A DNA stretch of 64,000 nt from an uncultured Eubacteriales bacterium (GTDB lineage: Bacteria > Bacillota > Clostridia > Oscillospirales > Oscillospiraceae). Made by a program: the position numbers and the translations under genes. The notes below the pieces were generated by a model. The model was not told the DNA's origin, did no database searches, and saw only the letters and a list, made by a program, of their open reading frames with translations. Numbering within the stretch: the first letter of the stretch is position 1; every line of letters starts with the position of its first letter. Location of the stretch: assembly GCA_900545925.1 (NCBI GenBank), contig URAZ01000001.1, positions 42,614-106,613 on the forward strand, given 5' to 3'. Below are positions 33,476-44,215 of this stretch, one piece after another.

Positions 33476-33607
33476 CTGGCTGAAAAAGTTTTGAAAGCAG
33501 TAAATTTTCTGTAAACATCGCAGAAATCAGTCTGTGATTCCATAGATTTGTTCATAAATCCAGTGTATTCTAACTCTGTTTATTTTGAATTGAAGGATCG
33601 TGACCCA

Positions 33608-36559
33608 ATGCTCGAACTCAAACAGATCTCGAAGGACTACCAAGCCGGTGACGCTGTAGTTCATGCGCTGAAAAACGTATCTATCCGCTTTCGCAGGCAT
33701 GAATTTGTCGCCGTACTGGGCCCGTCCGGCTGCGGAAAAACAACGCTTCTGAACATCATCGGCGGACTGGATCAGTATACATCCGGTGATCTGATTATCA
33801 GCGGACGCTCAACGAGGGATTTTTCTGCGCGGGACTGGGATACCTACCGCAACCATTCTATTGGCTTTGTTTTTCAAAGCTATAACTTGATTCCGCATCA
33901 GACGGTATTGCAGAACGTGGAACTTGCACTGACGCTCTCGGGCGTAAGCAAGGCCGAGCGGAAAAAGCGCGCCGTGCAGGCGCTGGAAAAAGTCGGGCTG
34001 GGCGACCAGCTGCACAAGAAGCCAAACCAGATGTCCGGCGGACAGCTGCAGCGCGTTGCGATTGCGCGTGCACTGGTCAACGACCCAGAAATTTTGCTGG
34101 CCGACGAGCCGACTGGCGCGCTCGACAGTGAGACGTCGGTGCAGGTCATGGAACTTCTAAAGCAGATTGCGGACGAGAAACTCATTATTATGGTCACGCA
34201 CAATCCGGAGCTTGCCGCGCGCTACGCCACGCGGACGGTGCGGCTGCTCGACGGAAGCGTTCTGGCGGACAGCGTGCCGTATGAAGACGCGGCGGAGCCG
34301 CCGGCGCAGCCGGAATCCGGTAAGCGGCGCACGTCCATGTCGTTTTTTACGGCGCTGGGTCTGAGCCTCAATAACCTGATGACAAAGAAGACCCGCACGA
34401 TCCTGACTGCCTTCGCGGGCTCCATCGGCATCATCGGAATTGCGCTGATCCTGTCCCTCTCCAATGGCATTCAGACCTATATCAACGACGTGCAGGAGGA
34501 CACGCTTTCGTCCTATCCGGTGACGATCGAGGCGGAAAGCGCGGATATGTCCGGCATGGTGACAGCGCTGATGGGCGTACACAGCGAAGAGGCCGGAAAA
34601 ACGCATACGGACGGGCGCGTCTACGCGTCCAACGTCATGTATGATCTGATGCAGAGCCTGAACAAGAACGGCACGCAGACGAACGATCTGGAAGCCTTCA
34701 AGCGCTATCTGGATAACCCGGACAGCGAGATCCACCAGTATCTGACCTCGATCCAGTACGCCTACGACCTGTCTCTGCCGGTTTACACAAAGGATGCCGA
34801 CGGGAATATCGTCAAGGCCGACGTGATGGAGCTGCTGCAGAACATGATGAGCAGCATGTACGGCGGCGATTACAGCAGTTATTTTTCACAGTTCGGCAGC
34901 TATTATTCCGCCATGGACGTCTGGGAGGAATTGCTTCCGGATGAAGACGGAACAGGGATATCCCCGCTTTTAAAGTTGCAATACGACGTGCTCTACGGCA
35001 GATGGCCGGAGTCTTACGACGAGGTTGTGCTGATTGTGAGCGAAAACAATGAGATCTCCGATCTGGTTATGTACGCAATGGGTCTTAAAACCGAACAAGA
35101 AATGACAGACGCCATGCAGGCGGCCATGAATCAGGAAACGATTGAAAAATCGGACGCAAACTGGAGTTATGAAGAACTTTGCGGGCATAGCTTCCAGCTG
35201 ATTCTTCCGTTTGAGACCTACTCCAAAGATGCGGACGGCAGTTGGACGGATTTGAGTCAGACCGAGGCCGGAATGGATTATCTCTACGGCTCTGACGAAG
35301 TCGGCACAACGCTGAAAATCGTCGGTGTCCTGCGCCCGAACCCGAACGCAGCCAACAGCATGGTACGCGGATCGCTGGGGTATACAAGTGCACTAACACA
35401 GTACGTTATTGACGCAGCCGCGCAAAGCACAATCATCCAGCAGCAGCTGGATGATCCGGAAACCGATGTTTTAAGCGGTCTTCCGTTCAAGACCGGCGAA
35501 GAAGAAACGCCGGATGCAGCGCAGATGCGCGAAGCGGTCGAAGCCGTTCTGGCAGATGCAGACACGCAGCGCAAAGCGCAGATGTATACGGATCTGTCGG
35601 AGCAGGCGCCAGACGCGTATCTGGACGGCGCCGTACAGCAGGCTATGGACGGCATGACACGCGAAAAAATCGAAGCGCAGATGACGGACTCTTATGCGGA
35701 GCAGATGGGAACCGATCCGGAAACCGTACGCGGGTACATTGCACAGATGGACGACGAGACGCTGTTCGATTATGTTGCTCAGATGCTGCGTGAGCAGATC
35801 GCCGCACAGTATGCCGAAACCGTCTCTGCACAGCTGGCCGGCCTTTCATCCGAACAGCTGGCCGCCGCAATGGATACGGCAGAACTGACAGATGAACAGT
35901 TTTCGTATCTCTATGACACATATGTTCCCGCCGCTTATTCGGAATCGACCTATGAAGATATGTTGGAAGCGCTTGGGTATGTAGAACGTTCCAATCCGTC
36001 CAAGATCAATCTGTACACCTCCACATTTTCAGGCAAGGACGCCATCGGCGATTGCGTCGAGCGCTACAACAGCGCGCTGCCGGAGGAAGATCAGATCACA
36101 TATACGGACTATGTTGCATTGCTGATGCGTTCAGTCACGACGATTATCAACGCCATTTCGTATGTCTTGATTGCATTTGTCTCGATCTCTTTGGTTGTTT
36201 CGTCGATTATGATCGGCATTATCACATATATTTCCGTGTTGGAACGCACGAAAGAAATTGGCATTCTGCGCGCAATCGGCGCGTCAAAGCACGATGTTTC
36301 ACGCGTATTCAATGCAGAAACGCTGATTGAAGGTCTGATTGCAGGTCTGCTCGGCGTGGGACTGACGCTGGTGCTGATTCTGCCGATCAACGCAGTCGTT
36401 CAGCATTTGACCGGTATTGCCTCGCTCGGCGCCAAGCTGCCGTGGCAGGCCGGTGTGGCACTGATCGCCATTTCGATGCTGCTGACATTCCTCGCCGGGC
36501 TCATCCCGTCGTCGCTGGCGGCAAAGAAAGATCCGGTCGTTGCACTGCGGACAGAGTAA
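33608..36559 (+). CDS. fused ABC transporter ATP-binding/permease protein (MacB/FtsX-like, large extracytoplasmic domain)
   Basis: Walker [13 protein letters not shown] signature [15 protein letters not shown]. Walker B ILLADEPT. Then about 550 aa of acidic extracytoplasmic region and a C-terminal FtsX-type 4-TM permease. Confidence 0.85.
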   Translation: MLELKQISKDYQAGDAVVHALKNVSIRFRRHEFVAVLGPSGCGKTTLLNIIGGLDQYTSGDLIISGRSTRDFSARDWDTYRNHSIGFVFQSYNLIPHQTVLQNVELALTLSGVSKAERKKRAVQALEKVGLGDQLHKKPNQMSGGQLQRVAIARALVNDPEILLADEPTGALDSETSVQVMELLKQIADEKLIIMVTHNPELAARYATRTVRLLDGSVLADSVPYEDAAEPPAQPESGKRRTSMSFFTALGLSLNNLMTKKTRTILTAFAGSIGIIGIALILSLSNGIQTYINDVQEDTLSSYPVTIEAESADMSGMVTALMGVHSEEAGKTHTDGRVYASNVMYDLMQSLNKNGTQTNDLEAFKRYLDNPDSEIHQYLTSIQYAYDLSLPVYTKDADGNIVKADVMELLQNMMSSMYGGDYSSYFSQFGSYYSAMDVWEELLPDEDGTGISPLLKLQYDVLYGRWPESYDEVVLIVSENNEISDLVMYAMGLKTEQEMTDAMQAAMNQETIEKSDANWSYEELCGHSFQLILPFETYSKDADGSWTDLSQTEAGMDYLYGSDEVGTTLKIVGVLRPNPNAANSMVRGSLGYTSALTQYVIDAAAQSTIIQQQLDDPETDVLSGLPFKTGEEETPDAAQMREAVEAVLADADTQRKAQMYTDLSEQAPDAYLDGAVQQAMDGMTREKIEAQMTDSYAEQMGTDPETVRGYIAQMDDETLFDYVAQMLREQIAAQYAETVSAQLAGLSSEQLAAAMDTAELTDEQFSYLYDTYVPAAYSESTYEDMLEALGYVERSNPSKINLYTSTFSGKDAIGDCVERYNSALPEEDQITYTDYVALLMRSVTTIINAISYVLIAFVSISLVVSSIMIGIITYISVLERTKEIGILRAIGASKHDVSRVFNAETLIEGLIAGLLGVGLTLVLILPINAVVQHLTGIASLGAKLPWQAGVALIAISMLLTFLAGLIPSSLAAKKDPVVALRTE

Positions 36560-36646
36560 AAAAAGAGCCTGCCGAACCCATTCAAACGGGTCGGCGGGCT
36601 TCTTTTCTATTTCTCCATGAAAAAACCGTGCGGTTAGAGAAATTCC

Positions 36647-38302
36647 TCATTCATAAAGGTAGACGCGGGCTTCGTACGGACGCGTGAGAAAGCTGTTCTC
36701 CTCACAGGTATCGTCGTAATTTGTCAGAAGCAGCTTCATATCGCTGAGGGAGAAGTTATAAGGTGCCTGAAAGCGCACAGGCTTGTCGGTGAACGAACAG
36801 ATCACCAGCAGCTTCTGCTCCTTTGTTTCGCGTGCGTAGACATAAAGCTTGTCAGAACCCTTATAATACTCCTGATAACTCCCGTCACGCACAACGGGCA
36901 GGCTCTTGCGCAGGGCAATCGCTTTCTTGTAAAAATTCAGGATCGAATCCGGGTCATTCAGCGCCTGTTCCACATTGATGCTCTTGTAATTCTCATTGAT
37001 ATAAAACCACGGCGTACCGGTCGTGAACCCGGCGTTTTCGCTGTCTGTCCACTGCATGGGCGTGCGGGCAGAGTCGCGGGACGCACGGTGGTAGAGCGCG
37101 AGACGTTTTTCCTCCGGCCAGTCCGGGTGTTGATTGCGGGTCTGCACGTCCTCGTACATGCTGGTGCTCTCCGGTCGCCAGTTCGTCATGCCAATCTCCT
37201 GCCCCTGATAGATGAACGGCGTGCCCTTCAAAAACAGATAGCTGACGGCCAGCATTTTGCCGCTCTCCACGCGATACTGCTCGCTGCCGTAGCGCGAAAT
37301 GACGCGCGGGTGATCGTGATTTTCGAGATATAGGGCATTCCAGCCGCGTCCATCCAGCTGCGTCTGCCAGCTGGAAAATGCACGGCGCAGGCGCTTTAAG
37401 GAGAATTTTCGCGGCATGTAATCTGTAAAGAAACAGTCAGCGCACATGCACTGGAACTGAATCATCATGTCGATCTCATTGGTGTCCGACTCTTCAATGT
37501 AATCCAGCGCACGCTGCGGCGTGACGAGCGGTGCTTCGGCGATGGTCATGCAGTCGTAATTTTCCAGCACGTCGCGGCGGAATTCCTGCAAATACTCATG
37601 GATGTGCGGGCCGTGATTATAAAACCGGATGCCCTTGAAAACCGGGAACAGGTAATCGTCCGGCAGGCCCTCCTTTTTTGAAATAAAGGTGATGACATCC
37701 TCACGGAAGCCGTCAACACCGAGATCGAGCCAGAACTTGAGAATCTTCTTAACCTCCGTTCTGACAAGCAGATTATCCATGTTGAGATCCGGCTGCTTGA
37801 CGGCAAACAGGTGCAGATAATACTCCTGCCGCAGATCATCCCATTGCCATGCCTTGCCCTCAAAATGGCTGTCCCAGTTATTGGGCAACTTTCCGTTTGG
37901 TTTGGCGGACCGCCAAATGTAATAATCGGTATACGGCGCAATGCGCCGCCGGGATTTCTGGAACCATTCATGCTCGTCGCTCGTATGATTAACGACCAGG
38001 TCCATGACAAGTTTCATCCCGCGCTCGTGCAGGCCGTCCAGAACAGCCCGGAATGCCTCCATGCCGCCGTATTCCGGCGCAATGTCCATGTAATCCGAAA
38101 TATCATAGCCGCAGTCCGCTCCGGGCGACGGATAGAGCGGCGAGAACCAGACACCGTCAATGCCGAGTTCCTTCAGATAGTCCAGCTTCTCTAATACTCC
38201 CCACAGATCGCCGATCCCGTCGCCGTTGCCGTCGCGGAAGCTTCGGGGCCAGATCTGATAAAAAACCTTGTCCTTAAACCATCTTGTATGACGCATATTC
38301 AT
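36647..38302 (-). CDS. GH13 alpha-glucosidase / oligo-1,6-glucosidase
   Basis: WFKDKVFYQIWPRSFRDGNGDGIGDL, GIDGVWFSP, DLVVNHTS, GFREDV: canonical GH13 regions I-III. Start at MNM or MRH (38302/38296). Confidence 0.9.
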   Translation of the reverse strand: MNMRHTRWFKDKVFYQIWPRSFRDGNGDGIGDLWGVLEKLDYLKELGIDGVWFSPLYPSPGADCGYDISDYMDIAPEYGGMEAFRAVLDGLHERGMKLVMDLVVNHTSDEHEWFQKSRRRIAPYTDYYIWRSAKPNGKLPNNWDSHFEGKAWQWDDLRQEYYLHLFAVKQPDLNMDNLLVRTEVKKILKFWLDLGVDGFREDVITFISKKEGLPDDYLFPVFKGIRFYNHGPHIHEYLQEFRRDVLENYDCMTIAEAPLVTPQRALDYIEESDTNEIDMMIQFQCMCADCFFTDYMPRKFSLKRLRRAFSSWQTQLDGRGWNALYLENHDHPRVISRYGSEQYRVESGKMLAVSYLFLKGTPFIYQGQEIGMTNWRPESTSMYEDVQTRNQHPDWPEEKRLALYHRASRDSARTPMQWTDSENAGFTTGTPWFYINENYKSINVEQALNDPDSILNFYKKAIALRKSLPVVRDGSYQEYYKGSDKLYVYARETKEQKLLVICSFTDKPVRFQAPYNFSLSDMKLLLTNYDDTCEENSFLTRPYEARVYLYE

Positions 38303-38492
38303 TTCTCCCCCATGCCGTTTGTTGGTTTCCATAACAACAACATTATTGTAACATAACATCGGGATTTCGCTATATGGAAACCTGAACAGATTTTCAGGTC
38401 CGCTTTCGTCCAAAATTGACACTTGCAGGCGCCCTGAAAAAAACATACAATAAGAACGCGTATATGTAAATGAGAATGAAGGAGGACACCCC

Positions 38493-39779
38493 ATGCGGCT
38501 ACAGTTCCCAGAGGGATTTTTGCTCGGTGTCAGTTCCGCTTCGGCGCAGATCGAGGGCGGGGAGGTCGGCAGCAGCTGGAACGACTGGTATCATCAGGGT
38601 AAGATCAAGGACGGATCCGATCCGGCAGTCGCCAATGACCATTGGAACCGCTGGCGTGAAGACTGCGCACTGATGGCCGGGCTGCATCTGTCTATCGCCC
38701 GCATAGGCGTAGAATGGGCGCGCATCATGCCGTCCCGCGGCGAGGTCGATGAAACGGCGATCGCGCACTACCGCGCAGAGTTGGAATACATGCACCAGCT
38801 GGGCATCCGCCCGCTGCTGACCATCCATCATTTTTCCAATCCCATGTGGTTCGAGCGTCTGGGCGGGTTTGCAAAGCGAGAAAATCTCGATGATTTTCTG
38901 TCCTTTGCTCAGCTTTGTGCCGACCGTTTCGGCAATCTGGTCAGCGACTGGATCACCATCAATGAGCCGAACGTCTATGCCACCAACGGCTATTTCTTCG
39001 GCGACTGGCCTCCCGGACATAAAAGCTTCTCCGAGACGTTCACAGTGCTGGAAAACATGGCCTACTGTCATATCCGCTGCTACCAGATGCTTCACAAGAC
39101 GCGAGAGGCTATGGGCTATTCTGACACTATGGTCGGCTTTGCGAATCATCTGCGCGTATTCGAGCCGGAGAACCCCAAAAATCCCGTACAGGCTGCCACG
39201 GCCAGAGCCGTTGAATGGCTGTTTCAGGGTGCGGTCACGGAGGCCATGTCCACAGGCGTCTTCCGTCTGCCGCTCCGGAACCACTGGAAGCTGCCGAAGG
39301 GCGAATACTGTGATTTCCACGGCGTTAACTATTACACACGTTCAACCGTCACGGGCTTTGCCGACGGTGTTCGGAAAAACAGTCCGCGCAATGATCTCGG
39401 CTGGGAGATCTATCCTGACGGTCTTCCACAGGTCGCAGAAAAGCTGGAAAAGCTTCTGAAGCGTCCCATCTGGGTCACGGAAAACGGAACCTGCGACAAT
39501 CAGGACACCTTCCGTGCCCGGTATATTTACGAGCATCTGAGGGCCATGCTCCACTCCGGTCTGCCGTTCGAGCGGTATTATCACTGGTGCTTCTGCGACA
39601 ATTTTGAATGGCTTGAGGGAGAAAGCGCCCGTTTTGGCCTCATCAACGTCGATTACGCTACTCAGACGCGCACGATCAAGCGTTCCGGCGAATTCTACGC
39701 CGATATGCTCCACAGCGGCGGCGTGACAGACGAGGCCTACGACGCTTATATCAGAGGGGAGGTTTACCACATCGAATGA
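38493..39779 (+). CDS. GH1 beta-glucosidase / 6-phospho-beta-glucosidase family
   Basis: GH1 N-terminal signature FPEGFLLGVSSASAQIEG. TENG nucleophile motif (ITENGT). RBS GAAGGAGG. Confidence 0.85.
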   Translation: MRLQFPEGFLLGVSSASAQIEGGEVGSSWNDWYHQGKIKDGSDPAVANDHWNRWREDCALMAGLHLSIARIGVEWARIMPSRGEVDETAIAHYRAELEYMHQLGIRPLLTIHHFSNPMWFERLGGFAKRENLDDFLSFAQLCADRFGNLVSDWITINEPNVYATNGYFFGDWPPGHKSFSETFTVLENMAYCHIRCYQMLHKTREAMGYSDTMVGFANHLRVFEPENPKNPVQAATARAVEWLFQGAVTEAMSTGVFRLPLRNHWKLPKGEYCDFHGVNYYTRSTVTGFADGVRKNSPRNDLGWEIYPDGLPQVAEKLEKLLKRPIWVTENGTCDNQDTFRARYIYEHLRAMLHSGLPFERYYHWCFCDNFEWLEGESARFGLINVDYATQTRTIKRSGEFYADMLHSGGVTDEAYDAYIRGEVYHIE

Positions 39780-42055
39780 TTACAGTCAAGCATGGCGTAT
39801 TTCATCTGCAAAATGAAAAGAATTCGTATCTGTTCCGCGTCAGGGACGGATTTTTGGAGCATCTGCATTTCGGCGCACGCGTAAGCGCATCCGACGCAGA
39901 CGCACTCGCTGTCCGGCCAGGCTGCGGCTGGGGAGACAGCACGCTTTACCGGGAAGATTCAAATGCCAACTGCATGGACATTTTCCCTCTCGAGTGGAGC
40001 GGCTGCGGGCGTGGAGACTACCGGGAAAGCCCGCTGGAGTTGCTGCAAAACGGTACACCGATCTCTACAGATTTCCGCTATACCGGTTGTGAGGCGCTGA
40101 AGACTCCCCTGCCCTCCATGCTGCCGGCCTCGCGCGGGCAGACGGTTCTTGCCGTCTACCTGGAGGATAAAGCGGCAAAGCTTCGGCTTACGCTTCTATA
40201 CGGCGTTCTGCCCACGGTCTTCACGCGCAGGGCAATTCTAGAAAACTTCAGCGACACGCCTGTCTCTATTCAAAAGTTCATGAGCACCTGTACGGACATT
40301 CCGGGTGATTGGACGATGCACACCTTCTCCGGCGGATGGATTGCCGAGATGCAGCACACAAAAACACCTGTCACCATGGCGCGCTCCTGCTTGGAGAGCA
40401 CGACCGGCGCGTCATCCAGCCGCGCAAATCCCGGCTTCCTGCTTGCCGCACCGGACGCAACAGAGACAAGCGGCACGGTCTGCGGATTCAATCTGCTCTA
40501 TTCCGGCAGTCATTATCTAAGTGCGCAGAAAAGCCTGCAGGGCCTCACGCGCATAATGCAGGGTATCTCTCCCTCGAATTTCAGCTGGCAGCTTGCCCCA
40601 GGTGGCCGCTTTGAGACGCCAGAGGCCGTCATGGCGTGGTCAGATGCGGGCTTCGGCGGCGAGACCGATTGCTTCGGCCGCTATGTGAATGAAACGCTCA
40701 TTCCGCCGTATTGGAGAAACCGGCCCCGGCCCATTGTCTACAACAGCTGGGAGGGCTGCATGTTTGATTTCACAGAGGCGAAGCTTCTGCGACTTGGCAA
40801 AGCCGCAAAGCAGCTTGGCTGCGAACTGTTCGTGCTTGACGACGGTTGGTTTGGAAAACGCGACAGTGATACAAGCAGCCTCGGCGATTATTCCGTGAAT
40901 CCCAAAAAACTCCCGAATGGACTGAAGGGCCTCGGCGAGAAGCTGAACGCCATCGGGCTGCAGTTCGGGCTCTGGTTTGAGCCGGAGTCCGTCAGTCCGG
41001 ATTCAGACCTGTACCGCAAGCACCCGGACTGGGCGCTGCATGACAGTCTTGGCCGTGAGGATCTTCTGGGCCGCCACCAGCTGCTGCTTGACCTCACAAA
41101 GCCGGACGTGCGGGACTATATCGTCGAAAGTGTCGGCAAGGTTCTTGATTCCGCGCCAATTTCCTATGTCAAGTGGGATATGAATCGACATTCCTGCGCA
41201 CTTGGTGCGAAGCAGCATGAATTTGTCCTCGGTCTTTATGATGTGCTGCGCCGCATTTTTGAGCCGAGGCCGGAAATTCTGCTTGAAAGCTGCTCATCCG
41301 GCGGAAACCGGTTTGACTGCGGCATGCTGTTTTTCTCGCCGCAGATCTGGTGCTCGGACAATACTGACCCGGTTGAGCGTCTGCATATCCAGCAGAGCCT
41401 CAGCTATCTATATCCGCCCTCCTGCTTCGGTACGCATGTATCTGCAAGTCCGCACGCACAGACGCTGCGCGCAACGCCGCTTTCCACGCGCGGAAACATC
41501 AGTATGTTCGGATGCTTGGGCTATGAACTGGATTTGACAGAGTTGCTGCCCGTTGAGTTGACGGAGATAAGGGCACAGATCGAGTTTTACAAGGCACACC
41601 GCCGTACGCTTCAATACGGTCGCTTTACAAGAGACAAAACGGACAGCGGCGGAACAATCTGGCAGGCGCAGACGGAAGAAGAGACAGTCGCAGGCGTGTT
41701 CCACGGAATCCAGAGCGCAGCGCCTGGCTACGAACGTCTGCGTGTGGCAGGGCTTGATGCACAAACGCAGTACCAGCTTGACAGCCGCCCGCAGCTGCTG
41801 CGCGTCGGCGATTTCGGTTCGCTTCTGCGCCATGTTCTGCCCGTAAAACTGAATCCAAACGGCCTTGCCGTACAGACGGCGGACAGCTATTACAAGATGT
41901 ATGACGGCCAGCAGACCGTTACGGCCTCCGGCGCAGCCTATTCCGCCGGAATCATGCTTGCACCGCGTTTTTCCGGAACCGGCTATAATGCGGACGGACG
42001 CATGCAGGGCGATTTCGGCTCCAATGTTTATTTCGTTCGGGAGGTGCAGCCATGA
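39776..42055 (+). CDS. GH36 alpha-galactosidase
   Basis: 759 aa. KWDMN and CSSGGNR motifs of GH36 AgaA/MelA-type enzymes. Overlaps neighbours by 4 nt on each side. Confidence 0.85.
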   Translation: MITVKHGVFHLQNEKNSYLFRVRDGFLEHLHFGARVSASDADALAVRPGCGWGDSTLYREDSNANCMDIFPLEWSGCGRGDYRESPLELLQNGTPISTDFRYTGCEALKTPLPSMLPASRGQTVLAVYLEDKAAKLRLTLLYGVLPTVFTRRAILENFSDTPVSIQKFMSTCTDIPGDWTMHTFSGGWIAEMQHTKTPVTMARSCLESTTGASSSRANPGFLLAAPDATETSGTVCGFNLLYSGSHYLSAQKSLQGLTRIMQGISPSNFSWQLAPGGRFETPEAVMAWSDAGFGGETDCFGRYVNETLIPPYWRNRPRPIVYNSWEGCMFDFTEAKLLRLGKAAKQLGCELFVLDDGWFGKRDSDTSSLGDYSVNPKKLPNGLKGLGEKLNAIGLQFGLWFEPESVSPDSDLYRKHPDWALHDSLGREDLLGRHQLLLDLTKPDVRDYIVESVGKVLDSAPISYVKWDMNRHSCALGAKQHEFVLGLYDVLRRIFEPRPEILLESCSSGGNRFDCGMLFFSPQIWCSDNTDPVERLHIQQSLSYLYPPSCFGTHVSASPHAQTLRATPLSTRGNISMFGCLGYELDLTELLPVELTEIRAQIEFYKAHRRTLQYGRFTRDKTDSGGTIWQAQTEEETVAGVFHGIQSAAPGYERLRVAGLDAQTQYQLDSRPQLLRVGDFGSLLRHVLPVKLNPNGLAVQTADSYYKMYDGQQTVTASGAAYSAGIMLAPRFSGTGYNADGRMQGDFGSNVYFVREVQP

Positions 42056-43425
42056 AAAATCTTGACCGCCGCAATAAATATTTCTTCGGCCTCGGCACGA
42101 TCGGCCGCGATATGTTCTATGCCTTCGAGGCAAACGCACTTTTATATTTCCTGTCCAACATTCTTTCCTTACCCATTCATGTGTTCGCAGCGGTAAGTCT
42201 TGTGCTCTCCGTCCTGCGCATCGCCGACGCGCTGAACGACCCCATCACGGGCCTTGTGATTGACAACATTCACACAAAATGGGGCAAGTTCAAGCCTGCG
42301 ATTCTGGTTGGCGGCGTTGTGTCCGTAATCTTTTATCTAATTCTGTTCGGCAATGTCGGCACCGGCACGGCCTATGTCATTTTCTTTGCGGTCGCGTATG
42401 TCCTCTGGGATATCAGCTACGGCATCAACGACATTGCCTATTGGACGCTCCTGCCCGCCCTGACGCAAGATCAGAAGCAGCGCGAGAATTACGGTGCGTT
42501 CGCACGCATCTGCGCGAACATCGGCATGTACATCATCATGGTCGGCTGGCAGCCCATCACCGCCGCCCTCGGCAACACGCCCAAGGCGTGGATGACAGTT
42601 GCCGTCGCGGTGAGCATCGTTTATCTGGCTGGGCTCTGCTTCCCGCTGTTCGGCGTGAAGGAAAACCGTGAGATCAAGGAAGATGAAGAGAAATTCTCCA
42701 TCCGCGATATGTGGAACGCCATCACGAAAAATGACCAACTGATGTGGACGACGCTGGCTATGGCGCTGTTCATGGTTGGTTACTGCACAACGACCGGCTT
42801 TGCGACATATTACATGCAGTATCTCTACGGCGATATCAACATGTACGCCATTCTGGCCGCCGTCTGCGGCGTGGCGCAGCTGGCCGCGCTGATGATCTTC
42901 CCGTTGTTTTCCAAAAAACATGACCGCCGCCAGCTTTATACCGGCGCGACGGTCCTTGTGGTCGCAGGCTATCTGGCCTTCTTCTTTGCCGAACATTCCA
43001 TCGTCCTGATCGCCATCTCCGCAATTTTGATGTTTGTCGGACAGGCGTTTATCCAACTGCTGATGCTCATGTTCCTCGCCGATACCATTGAATACGGCCA
43101 GTGGAAGCTGGGGCGGCGCTCAGAATCCATCACGTTCTCTATCCAGCCGCTCGTCAACAAAATCGGCGGTGCACTTTCGACCGGCCTGATCAGCATCAGC
43201 ATCATGCTGGCTGGGATCAAAACAAAGGGCTCTGATACGGCAGCCGCAGCCATCGACGCATCCGGCAAGCTGACGATCAAGCTGGCTATGCTGGCCATTC
43301 CGCTGGTGCTGATCGTCGCGGGTTATGTGATTTATCTGCGTAAATACAAGATCAGCAAGGAATTCTACGATAGCATGCTTGCTGACATTAAATCACGCGA
43401 AGCAGAAGCGTCAGCTGATCGATAA
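42052..43425 (+). CDS. glycoside-pentoside-hexuronide (GPH):cation symporter, MelB-like MFS transporter
   Basis: 12 TM segments. GPH family N-terminal signature (GxGxxGxDxxY, DxxTG). Confidence 0.85.
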   Translation: MKNLDRRNKYFFGLGTIGRDMFYAFEANALLYFLSNILSLPIHVFAAVSLVLSVLRIADALNDPITGLVIDNIHTKWGKFKPAILVGGVVSVIFYLILFGNVGTGTAYVIFFAVAYVLWDISYGINDIAYWTLLPALTQDQKQRENYGAFARICANIGMYIIMVGWQPITAALGNTPKAWMTVAVAVSIVYLAGLCFPLFGVKENREIKEDEEKFSIRDMWNAITKNDQLMWTTLAMALFMVGYCTTTGFATYYMQYLYGDINMYAILAAVCGVAQLAALMIFPLFSKKHDRRQLYTGATVLVVAGYLAFFFAEHSIVLIAISAILMFVGQAFIQLLMLMFLADTIEYGQWKLGRRSESITFSIQPLVNKIGGALSTGLISISIMLAGIKTKGSDTAAAAIDASGKLTIKLAMLAIPLVLIVAGYVIYLRKYKISKEFYDSMLADIKSREAEASADR

Positions 43426-43440
43426 AACGTATCGTTACAA

Positions 43441-43490
43441 ACAGCCTCCGCCCCGCAGAACACTGCGTGGGCGGAGGCTGTTTGTATATC
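43441..43490. terminator. bidirectional terminator between convergent genes
   Basis: AAACAGCCTCCGCCC ... GGGCGGAGGCTGTTT, a 15-bp stem. Confidence 0.65.
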
Positions 43491-43499
43491 ACAGTTATA

Positions 43500-44198
43500 T
43501 CACAGGAAAAATTTTCGGTGCAGCGATTCGCGCAAAGGCTTGCAGATAGCGATGACGATGAGCATCAAGCCCAGCACAATGCCTGCGACCATCGGATAGA
43601 ACGACCAGAAGAGCGTCTCGTGGATCTGGAAGGTCAGATTGATCAGGAACTCAATGAGCACGGCCAGTCCGCCGCCAAGGATCAGCATACCGCCGTAAAT
43701 GTAAAGATACCCGCTGCGCAGATAGTGCGTCAGGGCAACTGCCGCGCTGATGAGAAGGCCAATCGCACCCGTGACCGGGAAAGCAAAGGACAAGAACCAG
43801 TGCCCGCCGGTAGCAAAGTTGATGTAAAGCAGATAAAGTCCCACTGCGATGAAATCAACCGGCACGAAAATGACAGGATTGGGATGGCGGAACCACATGG
43901 GCAGCAGGATGACGATATACAAAAGACCGATCGCGCCCGCCGCATAACCGGACCAGACGAGCGCTCCGTTGATACGCCAGTCGCAGAGCAGGCACAAAAG
44001 CGCAGGCAGAAGCGCCGCGATGGTCAGCACAAATAAAATACCAGAACGATTCACGTCCTCAGGCCGGATGCGCTTGTCCGGCGGAAAGGGCGGCTCGGAG
44101 AGATTGCGCGGGATATCGGGATGAAATACCGGTGTCCCGCAAAGAGGACATTTTTTCTCGCTGTCGGCGAGTTCAACGCCGCATTTGACACAATACAT
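43500..44198 (-). CDS. zinc-ribbon domain polytopic membrane protein
   Basis: N-terminal CxxC-N13-CxxC (YCVKCG...CPLCG), then about 6 TM helices. Confidence 0.7.
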   Translation of the reverse strand: MYCVKCGVELADSEKKCPLCGTPVFHPDIPRNLSEPPFPPDKRIRPEDVNRSGILFVLTIAALLPALLCLLCDWRINGALVWSGYAAGAIGLLYIVILLPMWFRHPNPVIFVPVDFIAVGLYLLYINFATGGHWFLSFAFPVTGAIGLLISAAVALTHYLRSGYLYIYGGMLILGGGLAVLIEFLINLTFQIHETLFWSFYPMVAGIVLGLMLIVIAICKPLRESLHRKFFL

Positions 44199-44215
44199 GT
44201 TTCACAGCCTCCTAT

